From a virus, in IMG/VR virus record IMGVR_UViG_3300045988_035499: a stretch of 64,000 bases of DNA; one strand, 5' to 3'. The notes beneath the pieces were generated by a model. It saw only the letters and a program-made list of their open reading frames with translations. It was not told where the DNA came from and made no database searches. The position numbers and the translations under genes are program-made. Below, one piece after another: positions 22,916 through 35,266 of this stretch; the stretch's first letter is position 1; each line of letters begins with the position of its first letter.

Positions 22916-24511
22916 TTATTTTAAATGTAATCTGTATTTTTCAGATTGAGCTTGCAGCATATCTCTAACATCTTGTCCTAATTTTCTTCTATTTGCATGC
23001 AAAGCATCATTCTCAACTGCCTCTAAACCTTGTCTTGGTACAACTGTACTTACTGGAATTCTTAAGTATGTACCTTGTTTAAGAGCTGTATTAACTGAAG
23101 TTCTAGTTTCACCATAATCGTTAGTTGATTCAGTTACTCTTACCTGATCTTCATTGAGATTCACCCAGTCTCCTTGTACTTCTGCTAAATCTTTAGCATT
23201 ATATTTACCCTTATCTATATCTGATTTAGGTATGAAGATATATTTATTGTGGAATATATTTGAACCATCTGTGGTAATATTCGGAGTACCAGCTACTAAG
23301 AAGTTTTTAAACTATCCAGATTCTAAGTCTTCTTGCAGTTTACTGCTACTTCCAATCTATCTGTCCATTAAATTCTCTGCAAGACGTTTTCTAAGTAAGA
23401 ACTCAGAGGAAGAGTTACCGACTCTCCATCCTTGAGAGGTCATTTTACCAGTTTGAGTTCCTTGTGCAGTTAATATCTCGTTTGCTTCTGCTCCTATACC
23501 ACTACTTAAAATTCCAATAACATCGTTAATAGCACTATTTAAACTATTATTAGTTTTAGCACTAAGAACAAACATGTCGTTCAATTTTTTTCTAGCATCT
23601 TGAACTGTAGGGGCATCTTTCAATGCGTTAGTAAAGGTATTATCTGCTGTTATTTCCAATTGATCTGTAAGATTGAGAAGACCTCTTTGCTATTCTTCCT
23701 AACCTGGATTTCTTCTAGCTAAAGCTACAGACAATGGATCGCGTTGAACAGAATTCCAAGTAAATTCTCTACCAGCAGTGATAATTTGTCTATTGAGTTC
23801 TTCTACTGCCGCTTCATCACTAATATCAGGGTTCTGTAATTTAATGATTTGCAGGTTTTGTGTGTAATGTGGTGAAGTAACGATACTAGACCAGTTTTGT
23901 CTCAGCTGCGCATCAGTATCTTCATCTGCCACGCCAGTGTACAACAAACCATTTTTACTACCAAGATATCTTCCCTTAAGGTTATCTACAAACGGTTTAA
24001 CCATATCTACTGTAGACTTATAAGCTAATGGTGAAACATCATTGAATATACCTACACCCGTTGTGTCATAATTAGTGAAATCTACATCATGTAGTAACGG
24101 ATTATAACCACCGCGCAACATAAGTTCTTGATTAGCTTTCTATCTAGCTAGCATTCCTTCTCTACTTTGCTTCAGTTCTGATAACGTTGAATAGTCTATA
24201 TTATTAAGCATACTCTGTAGAGTTGCTCTGTTAGCAGCGTCTTTTAAATAATCTGGGTTGTTGATCATCTAATTAATAGCCCCCTATATATCTTGTCTAT
24301 TTGTAGTTAAGTTATACCAACGTTTTGTATCAATGTCAGAAGGAGACGTAAATTCACCAAACTTCTATAACTATGCTCCAAACTACTAAGCAGCCTAGTC
24401 TACTGCTTCCTTCTAAGTTGCACCTATTCTATATAAGTTACTAAAATCTATAGGTACGTATGTATTCAGTATTGGAGCTTCTGCAGCTCTATCAAATCTA
24501 TTAGCCTACAT
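22916..24511 (-). CDS. structural/cargo protein of unknown function (531 aa)
   Basis: Fragments 22916-23164, 23357-23659 and 23699-24121 are co-framed. The frame stays open to ATG 24511, which is preceded by GGAGGTAATT. The second codon is TAG. Ends in TAA. Confidence 0.65.
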
Positions 24512-26450
24512 AATTACCTCCTTTTCTTAAATACTTGTTAAAATTAACTATATCTTGTTTAGTAAATCCTGCTTGTAAGAACGGGGCGTATAATTCCATC
24601 ATAGCATTATCTCTATTTCTCTGATTACGCATAAGCTGTCTATTTTGACCGTACTGACTTAACTGACTAAGACCAGTTCTTCTAATATTTCTAGTAGTAG
24701 CTCTATTAGCCGCATTAGTCTCATTAGCTAAATTAGTAGCTGCTACATATTGTTGACCTAAGCTATTCATAGTATTAGCGTAGTCTCCTAAGTATTGATT
24801 ATTAGTGTTACTTTCTTGACCTCTAAGACTTGCTATAGCTCTGTCTGTATTAACAGCACTCTATAATCTATAAGCAAGATTAGCACCTGTATTAGTGTTC
24901 ATCTGTCCTGCGTTATAGTTACTGATTGCTCTATTTCTAGTAATATCTTCTACTGCTGGATCAATATTAAAACGTCTATCACTCATAGTTCTAGTAATAG
25001 CGTTAGCATAAGGATTGTACATAGCGTCTACGGGTCTTTCGTTCTTAGCAAACAGATTAGACATAATGGGACTTATTGTAGCAATATCACTTAATAGTTC
25101 AGAGATATTATAATCAGTAATAGTGTCATTCTAATCACCTGCATTGCTTGTATTATTTGTTCTAGGTATATACTGTCTAGTTCTGATATCTCCGATAGTA
25201 GGCTGTAAGTCAATATTTTCATCTACAACAGGATCAAGTATATCCGTGCTTAATTCTGGAGTTGTGATATTACTCTTACTACGTCTTTTTGTACCTATTA
25301 TGTTTCTCTGTGAATAAATAGACGGATCTATAGTATCGCTCTACGCATGAGAAGGTAGGCTAGTTGATTTGAATACTTTATAACCGAATGGATTCCACAC
25401 ATCAGTAATAAAACTATCCTATACTCTACCTCTTTTAGTTCTATTGTATAATGAATCTTCAACAGGTCCACCATTAACAAAGCTCTCTATCTGTGCTATT
25501 TTAGTTTTATCTTTAATGCCTCTGTTTGCCTTTACTTGTTCCTACATAGCGAACAACTAATCGTAAATCATCTGATTATTCCTTTCATTGAGCATATTAG
25601 AATTTTCAGCAAATTTATCTTTACCTTTACTTCTTCTTTTTGTCATCATTTTCTCTCCTAATTCTGAGAAGGTTTTTTTAGTTCCAGGAACTTTTAATGT
25701 ATTACTAAGTATACGACTACCTTCTGGTATTGATACTAAATTACTATCCAAAGGTTGACCCATTTCAGGTACTTGATTAATACTACCATCTGGAGTCTGA
25801 ATCAACTCTCCATCATCTACATAAGCTAATGAAGAAGGAACCATACCACCGTCTGCAAATGTGTTAGTATTCATATCTCCATATTCTAATCCGTATCTAT
25901 TCTCTAAATCATTAGTACCTTGTACAGCCGCTCTGTTATTATAAGCATTCATTCTAATACGTCTGCGCTCTCTACGCAAACCTTTATTACCTATAGCTCC
26001 CATAATTCCAGTACCTAAAGTACCATCATTATAATCTGTAAAGCTAGACATAGATGCCTCTTCACCCTTACTACCTATAGCTCCGATACCAGCTCCTACA
26101 ATAGCTCCGATGGGTCCACCTACAGTAAAACCCATAGCTGCACCTTTACCAACGTTAGCCACAGATTGAGTAGCCGCTTCTCCACCGCTAGTAGCAGTAG
26201 ACTTCTTAAACGGATTAGATAATAAATCTATAGCATCTCCAGCCATTCCTACCACATTGTCCATATTCATACCAGCTCCCATACTCTTCGTAGGCATATT
26301 GGGTATGCTAGGTGTAGGAGCATTATTTATAGAAGACTATAATGGATTATACGCTACTCCATTATTATACGCTACTAAACCCGCCATCTCTGAATTGGTG
26401 GCAGTACCATAAGCAGCTGCAGGTATCTTTATTTTTCTTTTCTTTTTCAT
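24501..26450 (-). CDS. ejection/internal-virion-like protein with a glycine-zipper hydrophobic segment (649 aa)
   Basis: Fragments 24501-24770, 24861-25064 and 25557-26297 are co-framed and separated only by TAG. It has a basic N-terminus (MKKKRKIKIP), a GGPIGAIVGAGIGAIG segment and an FADGGMVP motif. Ends in TAA at 24501. Confidence 0.6.
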
Positions 26451-26451
26451 A

Positions 26452-29400
26452 TTAAATTAATGAATATCTATAAGTAGTTGTAATTTGTGGTATTTCAAAG
26501 GTATGTTCATTAAGACTATCTATATCATAATCACATATCATATATTTACCCCTCATCCTAGCAGGCAATGACAGTTCGTCTTCATTCTTATCTGCTCTAG
26601 GAACTGGAATTCTATAAGTATCTTCCCTGTAATCCATACCAGTAGTATAATAAGGAATAGCGTTAGTATGCTGATCTTTAGTATAGAAGTCTATGTTCTT
26701 TATTATACCGTCTGTAACATTATTTCCTGCCTCATCCTTGAAATGACCTTGAAGTCTGACATTGTCAAATACTTTAGTGTAAGGCGTATCTTTGTTAATT
26801 ACAATGGTTAACTTAGCATCCTTATCAATAGATTCTAATCCTTTTATATCCTTATTATTTATAGTATAAAAGTTCATATCCTTCATTGTTACGCACCTAT
26901 TTGACAATGGTAACGACCATTGAGGGGCAAAAGTATAGAAAGATGTAAAACGTCCAATCTACTCGTTGAATATTAAAGACTTATCTAATAACCTAAACCA
27001 TACTTCATTATACTTCTTATCAAATAATGAGGTAACGTAACCTTTCTTTCTATTAGTTAGATTACTATTCAGGTATGATTGTACTTGCTTCTCCTTAGAT
27101 ATCTGACTTACAGCTCCAGAATAACTACATATTTCATTTTTATCATAATCATACCAATAAAGTACATTGTCAGAATTTACTATACTTCTATCGTTTATAA
27201 CAGAATCTCCATTAGTGTTAGTAATATAGTCATATCTACTTAGAATACCACCAGTACCTAATACAAGTTGATTAGCATTATCATCAGTAACTAACGATCT
27301 CTCATTGACAGATGCTATACCAACTCCAGTATCTTGGAAATAGAACAGCCTATCCTTAAATACTTTAAGATTACTGATATCACCCCATTGATTATCTACA
27401 TCTAAGTAATCAGCAACCTTGAATTTACTCCAGGAATCTATTACTTCGTTGTTAGTCTTAACTTGAGAACTTAGTATTCTATTAGGTATAGTTATATTAA
27501 TTCTTTCTCCATACTCATTGATATAATAATGTTCAGCATATATAGAACTAGGCACATACTTCTTAGTAGTCTACTATGTAGAGTATACAGAGTTATATAC
27601 GTAGTAAGGTCTATCCTATGCATGATACACACCTTTCTGAGTAGGCTCTAACTGCATATGGGAATCGATGTAATTATCACTAGTATAGGTTCTATGAGCC
27701 ATGCTGCCATTAAACAAGTTCATATTTATACTGGATTCAAACGGTATATAAGCTCCCATATACCTTCTTCTGTACTGTGCATCTTCTTCATCGTTAGCCT
27801 AGAAAGTAAACATATTAGCGTAATCTAATACATTCAAGAAGGTATCTCCTCCATATACATAACATGAACCAGAGTTCTTATAAGCATTAGTAGTTATGTA
27901 TACAGAATTCTATCTAGATGCATACGTATTACCACCATATGGAGCTGTTATGCTTCTTTTAACATTAAATACTGGCAATGCATTAATAGAATGTAATTCA
28001 TTAAAGTTAGGATCTAATACTCCGCTAAATCTACTATTGTACTTATCTAAGTTCTCTGTCTATATAATTATACATGGTCCAGCTGCACCAAGTGTTACCT
28101 ATTGATTATTTGTATCAAAGTTAGACATGGCATAGTTAGTATAAGTTCTTTCTCCAACAGTAACTCTATAAGGAGTTACATCATGATAAGCATTATATGG
28201 TATATCTGACGGATATCTTGCATCTCTAATTGGGATGTTTACAGCTGTATTAGCTGTATTCTTATATTTAGGGTAGTAATACTTTGCTATACTAGCATTA
28301 TACGGAATAGGATTCCAGTCTTTATCAGTACACTGTAAATCCATTGTAAGTTCTCCGTCTTCTCTAAATACAAAGTCACTCCAATTAGATACCTATTTAA
28401 TGCTGCCATTATACTGTAATACTCTATCTGCCTGTGCAAAAGTATAGGCTAACTAACTCTCAGGTAAGCCTTTTCTATTTACTCCTGTAGGAGCAATAGG
28501 AGACATATATGTACATATAGGATCTAAGTATGTAGAATCTTTGAAATACTTTTCAAAATCTGCCTAAGCTACACATATCTCAGGGGATATTATTCGTAAA
28601 TAGTTTTCTACATAAGTAGGTTTAGGAACCTTATCTGTCTTCTAATAAAACCTAATATAGTCTTTACCTGCTACAGTATTGTTTCCATAAGTCCACGTTT
28701 TAATGTTCTCCTTATGATAAGTAAGCATATAAGCAGGACGCATCTCTATAGAACTATCTAACTCACTACCGTGACCAGCATCAGAGTCTTCCTGAATTCT
28801 ATATTCGTATAAATTGCTACCAACACATTGAGTAATAATAGATCTGTCTAGTTCTGTTCTATCACATCTTACTATTTCATAAGCTACTGTGCCTTTAGGT
28901 TTATCTTTAACTGTAAACCTGATACCTAAAGCTTGACCAATCAAAGTATTATCCTAGTATACAAATGGGGGGATCTAGTCAGCATGAGGCATCTTAATAT
29001 CACCTATCCAGTATACTGGAGACGGTATCATCTTATTGTTATAGAATACTATACCAAAACGATACACTTCATCTCTTTGATAACCTTTAAAGTAAGCGGA
29101 TATATAAGGATCAGCATAATTTGGTATTCTAGTCTGAGTACCAGATTGATTAAATGAAATTGCACCAGTAGTAGAAGTACCTACATTAGTAGCAGACACA
29201 CTATTCATAATTCTACTTCTAACATTCATAGAAGTATTATGATCTAGTTTAAGCTGCTTCTATTTCTCACTAAGTTCTATAGGTATAGTACAGAAATTAT
29301 ACTCTATGTTAGTACCGTAACCTCCTAGTACGTTATTATCATTTACCTTCTTACCGTATATGTATCTAACATCTTCTGAAGTATTAGAGTACTCCATACT

Positions 29401-30585
29401 ATTATATGGGTTTATACAGTCATGGTTATATGGTACTGTAGTTAAATCAGAATCAGTAGTTATTGTTAACTTACTTGAAGTATTTGCTGATTCTAATACT
29501 CCAACTCCATATTGATTGAATCTGTACGCTCTTGCATCGAATTCTCCTGGATCCCATGTATTATCCTGAATATTGGCTGCAAACAACCTATTGTCCATTT
29601 TAGCTAAAGTATTGGCTATAAATTGATATCCGGTTAATGCGTTAAATTCCTCTAAACTCAGTTCACTCAACACAGAGTTACCACTATCTACATAGTGTAG
29701 CTCTTTCTAATCCTCGGTAATATCTAATTCATCTACTATAATTATCTTAGCTATTTGACTATTATCATTATATCTTATACTGATAATTCTTGCTCTTTGA
29801 AAATCTTTTACAGTTATAGGAGCAGATAGGTTACACGCTTTGCCAGAAGATGTATCAGGATAAGAGCCTTCATACTTCTAACTGTCTTGATTAGTACTAC
29901 TCTAAGTTAAATGTATCATTTGACTCAAAGGAGACGTAACAGTTTCTGTACCATGCACATTGAATAATTGATAACAGTACTATACTACACCAGTAGGCAA
30001 ATTACCAAAACTTAAATCATTAACCTATAGTGGAGGTAGTTCTGCAGAAGGAGTCATATCAATAGCTTCAGGATTTATGATATTACCTTCATCATCTACT
30101 AAGTCAGAACCTTCAGAGTACTTCTGATCCATTATATTAAGTATCTTAACAGGACTCTCTCCATCAGTAAAGTATATCTTTATATTCTTTTCAGATTCAT
30201 AATTACATACGATACTTATATTAGGATGTTTTTCTATATTTTCTGATAACTTTAGATCACCTTGACATACTACTTGTATAGTAAGCATATTAGTGTCAAA
30301 ACCAGATATCCTATATACTCTATTATACCCATTAGACATCTTGGTTATTACTACACCGTATTGATCTATTGTAGCAGTACCTATCACTATCTCATCTTTA
30401 TATAAAGAATTCCAATACTTCCTTACACATTCTATATTCTATAGTACACCCGTAGTACCACCATCGTTAGTAATGACACGCACATTCTCAGCATAGCGAT
30501 ACTGCTCACTAGGGAGTAAATTGACATCTGTATCCAGATTCATACCCCCATTAAATGTATTTACTTGTGCTGTATTACTTATCAT
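26452..30585 (-). CDS. large tail (muzzle/nozzle-type) structural protein (1377 aa)
   Basis: Seven track fragments (26452-26907 through 30025-30387) share one frame, and the gaps contain only TAG. Bounded by ATG 30585 and TAA 26452. The function is inferred from size and position only. Confidence 0.6.
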
Positions 30586-31291
30586 AATTTATTTTTTTAT
30601 CTAAAAATTTCCAAATAAATCCTCCAGCAGTCTTACTTCTACCATGTAAACAGTTACTTATATTTGCTGCAGATATTCCACATTTCTTAGAGGCGTCGTA
30701 TTTAGATTGATATTCATTTATTAACACATCATCTACGGTATATTGCCCTACAGCTTTTCTAGTACGACTACAGTTTGAATATCTAATAATTTTACCTATA
30801 TTATCAGCTTTATCAAATGACCACTAATATCCTTTGTACGACTTCTTACGACCATCACATATAGCTCTTACATTGTCTGTAAACCCATTGACAAATTTAG
30901 CTGCCTGTTTAAGATTTTTAAAAGATTGTATATACTTTCCAGTTAAATCATATTGATGCACAGGCGCTCCATCTACTCTAGCTTCATTATAGAACGCATA
31001 CTGCTATATATATTTATTCTCTAAATAGTGAAGTGTATCTATATTTTCATCGCAATGTTCTAATATGATATAACTAAATTTGTCAATTCCTATCTTATTA
31101 AAGTCACATTGTAATCGTTCATTTGCGTGTTTATCATTTTTAAGATAACCTATATGAGTTCTTAAACGTCTCCTTAGATTAGTAGTAGATCCAATATACA
31201 TATGGTTATTCAAATCATTTCTTATTGCGTATACTCCGGACGTATATGGTATATGCTTATAAAAATCATCAGTTAATTTAAATGTTTCCAT
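30575..31291 (-). CDS. GIY-YIG homing endonuclease 1 (free-standing, 238 aa)
   Basis: GVYAIRND...YIGSTTNLRRRLRTH...RLQCDFNKIG...ILE is a GIY-YIG core. The C-terminus carries helix-turn-helix-like repeats (AAKFVNGFTDNVRAICDGRKKSYKGY.W, GISAANISNCLHGRSKTAGGFIWKF). It contains 2 in-frame TAG (31004, 30824). The ATG at 31291 follows the upstream stop directly. Confidence 0.8.
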
Positions 31292-31292
31292 A

Positions 31293-32225
31293 TTAATAAT
31301 TATTCTAGTTATATATTGTCTACTCTTCTCCGGTTGTACTAAAAAACAGCGAATGGTCATCAATTTCTGGATATAACTTATTCCAGTCATTCTTAATACT
31401 CTCTATGTCGTCTACTCCAGGCATCATAGCCTCAGCGTATGCTTGTTTACGATAGAAGTTATAAGAGTTACGTATATCATAGTAGTCTCCTTGACTTATT
31501 TCTCCTTTCAATTTTTTAGGATACATAAGTTTCATAGTAACATACCAGTAAATAGCTTCTTTATAAGATTCTAAATCTGGTATCATTGGCATTGAATCTT
31601 CATCAGTATATATAGCATAGTACTATATTTTAACAAAACCCATAGGAACATTAGTATTAATAAATCCAGGTTTTGTAGTATACTGTAGATCATTACTGAA
31701 CATTGTAGAATCTGCATGTCCCGTTGCACTACCAACATACTTACCATTAATAGTAGGAGTAGTGGATTGATTTATCAATGCAGCTAAAGTCTAACGTAAA
31801 CTAGTATCTTCATTCAGTTTATCTAATGCTTCTCTATCTGTAGTAAGATTAAACATATTCTTTACCAAAGGTAGCATGGCTGCATCTTTCACAAACATCT
31901 TAGGTTTACGTCTGCCACAGCATTTATCATGAGCAACACCAAAACTTGATGTAGACTTCCTCATAGGCATCCACCCGCCACAGTTCTATGTAGAGAAAGC
32001 AACCTACCCTAACTTATAAAGGTCGCAAGGCAACGCAGCTTGATGTCCTATAACTGGTAGTATTGCAGTCTTATTATCGTACTACTGAACAGCTCCTATC
32101 TTTAATACTCCCTCCATTATCCATTCACGGATATCTGTTATACGGATCTAGTCTTCTCTAAGATCCAGATCTGCTATTACTTTAGCAACTATAGTTGCTG
32201 AACTAATCATTCGATTATTTATCAT
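31293..32225 (-). CDS. Cys-containing structural protein of unknown function (310 aa)
   Basis: One frame is open from ATG 32225 (alternative ATG 32210) to TAA 31293 when TAG is read through, and includes track ORF 31320-31592. Contains CGGWMP...HDKCCGRRKP. Confidence 0.6.
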
Positions 32226-32973
32226 AATTGTATCTCCATTTAAAGCCAAAAGCAGTCTTTTTCTATCCTCTACACACTCTGTTTATAGCCGACCTATTAC
32301 TTATAGAACCGCATTCTTCGGCTGCCTAGGTCATATTTCGATACGTACATATGTAGTTATTATTTAAATCTAATTTATCTACTTTAATCCCGGACGGCTT
32401 TCTATTTTTTACTATATTAAAAATACATCTGTTATCCCTAGTATATTTCCACAGAAACCCTTCACAATTAGTTAATTTACCATTACAACAATCAGATATT
32501 CTTGTTCTAATACTGCCGTATCTGTTCATATCTATGTGTCTAGCAGCACAAGCTATACTGTCAAATGTACGTATATATTTACCTTGTAAGGAGTATTGAT
32601 CTACTTTCTATTTAACTTTATTGTATTTCAATTTCGGCAATTTAGAGTACTTGCGACTAGCATATCTGTTTCCGTTATATTCTGGTCGCATGTCTAAATA
32701 TTTCTGTTCTAACATTAATAAGGTATCATGTATAGGCTAACAAACTTCCAATATGCATATTTCAAACTTATCTTCTCCATATTTATTATAAGCTCTCTAC
32801 AAATAAATAGAGTGATGATAGTTCTTACGTAATTCACTTCTATGTTTAATAAACCTACGTTTGAAATTATTAGTACTTCCTATATATTTATGTCCATTAA
32901 TTATATTACGTATCATATATATACCGGCAAGTTCTTGTGCACTATTTATCTAATTAAACTTCAGGGTAATCAT
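32215..32973 (-). CDS. GIY-YIG homing endonuclease 2 (free-standing, 252 aa)
   Basis: The core reads GIYMIRNIINGHKYIGSTNNFKRRFIKH...SIYL(TAG)RAYNKYGEDKFEICILE. The C-terminal repeats are SIRTRISDCCNGKLTNCEGFLWKY and SAINRVCRG(TAG)KKTAFGFKWRY. It contains 6 in-frame TAG. Ends in TAA at 32215. Confidence 0.8.
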
Positions 32974-33415
32974 GCTCTCTATTAAAAATTATTTTTGCCA
33001 AAGTCCTCTTGTTGTCTCTACTTGCTACAAACTAATACTTACTTTTGTTTGTTAACAGGCAGTTTTTTTTGCTCCAAAAAAATCTGTATTTGTAATAATT
33101 ACTATGGGCGTTAAGCAGATATACAGGCTTACCAGTTTCTCTAGTAGCCTTCCAATCCCACCTAAGACTCTTACCTGTAAATTCTTTAGGCTAATGTTTT
33201 ACTATCTACAAAGTACCAAGCCTACAAGGAAGTTTTACCTCTTTACAATCTAACATGATAGAGTCTCTGATATATTTAAAGTAATCTGTAAGTATTGCTT
33301 TGAATGTCTTCAAGTCTATGTCATACTAAGTACCCTACTCTATATAGTTTTTATAGTTAATATAGAAGTCTGCCATAGTGTAGCATTTTCTGTTATATTC
33401 TAATCTCTCTTTCAT
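32954..33415 (-). CDS. hypothetical protein (153 aa)
   Basis: The ATG at 33415 shares a base with the upstream TAA (TAATG). The frame is open to TAA 32954 when TAG is read through. The product looks protein-like (…LPCRLGTLQIVKHQPKEF…YLLNAHSNYYKYRFFW…). Confidence 0.5.
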
Positions 33416-34059
33416 TACTTAGTAGCATATCTATTCTGCGTATCATCATGCGCATTATTGGTATCATCACTAGGCATTGCTAGCATTATTCTCAACTCTC
33501 TTTCCATTATCATCTATGTGATAGTTGGTATCATTGCAGCAGGTATAGGGAAGTCACTGTCTGGGTCAAAACATGCGTTTAATTCTGTAGGGTCTTCAGC
33601 TATAACATCTACACTTATGTACTCTAACTAATTAGAGTCTCCTTCTACATACACTTTGTTATTTTTCACCCAAGCAATATAGTCTTTACAAGTGGCTTTT
33701 CTATACTTCTGTAGTTTAGCCTTAGTGTGACTACCTAACTAAATAATGTTTCCAAACATATCCCTTACTGCTATAACACCAGGTCTAAAGTTAAAGTCTA
33801 TTAACTTTGGTAATTCCTTATCACCTACATATGTAAAGTGTCCTGGACTGTTCTCTTCTCTATCCAAGTGAATAGGTTCTATAGTAGTAAGATAGAGTTC
33901 ATTGACATCTCTACCTTTATCTATATCTTGCTTTATTAACATAGCTCGATATGATAATATCCATTTTTCTATTTGTGCTCTACTTAAATGCTCAGACTCT
34001 GCAATATTATTATTGCGAGCAATTAGCAGAACATTATCAACCATTTCATTTAATGTCAT
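33415..34059 (-). CDS. hypothetical structural protein (214 aa)
   Basis: Track ORF 33739-34146 continues through TAG to TAA 33415. The likely start is ATG 34059 (MTLNEMV); the track start at 34146 is a TTG. Confidence 0.55.
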
Positions 34060-34183
34060 ATTATATAATATCTTTTTTATAACGTTATAACCTATTTTAA
34101 CGCATTTTAAGCCGTTTAGAGACACTTTCTTTTTTAGGTAGTACAATCCTTAGTATAACTAATAGCCTTTCTTACAGAGGCTT

Positions 34184-34217
34184 AAAATAAAAAAGGTTGA
34201 TCTTATTGATCAACCTT
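34184..34217 (-). terminator. rho-independent terminator
   Basis: A perfect 10-bp stem (AAGGTTGATC/GATCAACCTT, 34193-34217) with a 5-nt loop is followed on the minus strand by TTTTTTATTTT. The TAA of the upstream gene lies in the loop. Confidence 0.75.
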
Positions 34218-34766
34218 ATTCATAACATCCTTCATATCCTAAGGTAGCATGTTCTTCATTGGTTCAGGAACCATCTAATTAGCTTTCCTTATGATACTCT
34301 TCAATTCTCTAACTTCTCTTTGGAGTTCCGATATCTTCGGATCTTCTTTAGGAGCTTCTGTTCCAACTCCTAGCTTATCTAACAGTGACTAACATTTAGC
34401 CATCTCTTCATCGCATTTGGCGATTGTTTCTTTTCTCTGTTTGTACGTTTCGTATTGGTTACGTATAATACCAATTATTTCCTACTTGTCTGTAGATATA
34501 GTAAGACCTATTTGACTATCTGTAATGACCGATTTATTTTCGGGTATTGTGAACTTTTTAGTTTCACCATTACATTGAATCGTTACATCTACAACCCTTT
34601 TGCGCTATTGGTTTGGCATTGGGAATTGACCAGGAGGAAGAGGTTCTTCATATACATTACCAACCTAAGTAACAGAGCCTTCATTATACTCGGTAGTCTT
34701 TTTAAAAGTGCCAACTACCTCTATTATATATACTTTATCTCCTATGTTTAATTGATTGAATAGCAT
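34203..34766 (-). CDS. hypothetical protein (187 aa)
   Basis: ATG 34766 to TAA 34203 is a single frame containing 6 TAG. The C-terminal part is coiled-coil-like. The plus-strand track ORF 34455-34751 is its antisense shadow. Confidence 0.55.
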
Positions 34767-34782
34767 AAGTATAAGATTTTAT

Positions 34783-34804
34783 AAGGGCTCAATTAAGAGC
34801 CCTT
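34783..34804 (-). terminator. stem-loop (weak terminator or attenuator)
   Basis: An 8-bp stem AAGGGCTC/GAGCCCTT with a 6-nt loop lies between stop 34813 and ATG 34766. The downstream U-tract is poor. Confidence 0.35.
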
Positions 34805-34812
34805 GATTTATA

Positions 34813-35247
34813 TTAAGCAGCCGGTGTATTTGTTGCCGGAGCTACTATATGATTAACAGTCTAGAAAGTTCCATTACTCTTATTGTAATAGATTAAGTAT
34901 CTATTACCAGTAGAAATTTCTTCTGTAACCATCTATTCACCAGAACCATTAAGTAATGCTCTAGCACCAGTTGAAGTGGTAGTAGATGTACTACTTACTT
35001 GGCTTGAAGATCTAGTAGGATCTATACTTACTAATGATCCTGCTGTAACAGTAGATGCTGGGGTATGAGATATATTAAGTAAAATCATACCTTCACATGG
35101 AAGTTGTCTCCATATTTTTGGGCATATACCATATACAACTGAATTGTTAGTAGTATCTGTAGTAACATATAAACTCTTCAAAGTAGGTATACCAAAGTTG
35201 TCTATTGTTCTTACTCTATTGCTATAAGGATTAAAAGGATAAAACAT
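34813..35247 (-). CDS. hypothetical protein (144 aa)
   Basis: ATG 35247 is preceded by AAGGAAGGAGG. Track ORF 34933-35247 continues through 2 TAG to TAA 34813. The middle is Ser/Thr-rich. Confidence 0.55.
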
Positions 35248-35266
35248 ATATTGCCTCCTTCCTTAA

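Noticed and set aside
30880-30910. An apparent frameshift between the catalytic and DNA-binding halves of endonuclease 1
   Set aside because: It arose from my own mis-registration of one sequence line. On re-reading, the frame is continuous (…FKNLKQAAKFVNGF…).
31292-31390. The N-terminal extension of endonuclease 1 given in the track (start at 31390)
   Set aside because: The extension overlaps the C-terminal coding region of the upstream gene. The GIY-YIG domain begins right after the internal ATG at 31291, which directly follows that gene's TAA.
30575-33000. The two GIY-YIG genes as group I intron-encoded endonucleases splitting a structural gene
   Set aside because: The flanking reading frames (32954-33415, 31293-32225, 26452-30585) each have their own ATG and stop, and no exon continuity is needed. 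I cannot run intron covariance models, so this is not fully excluded.
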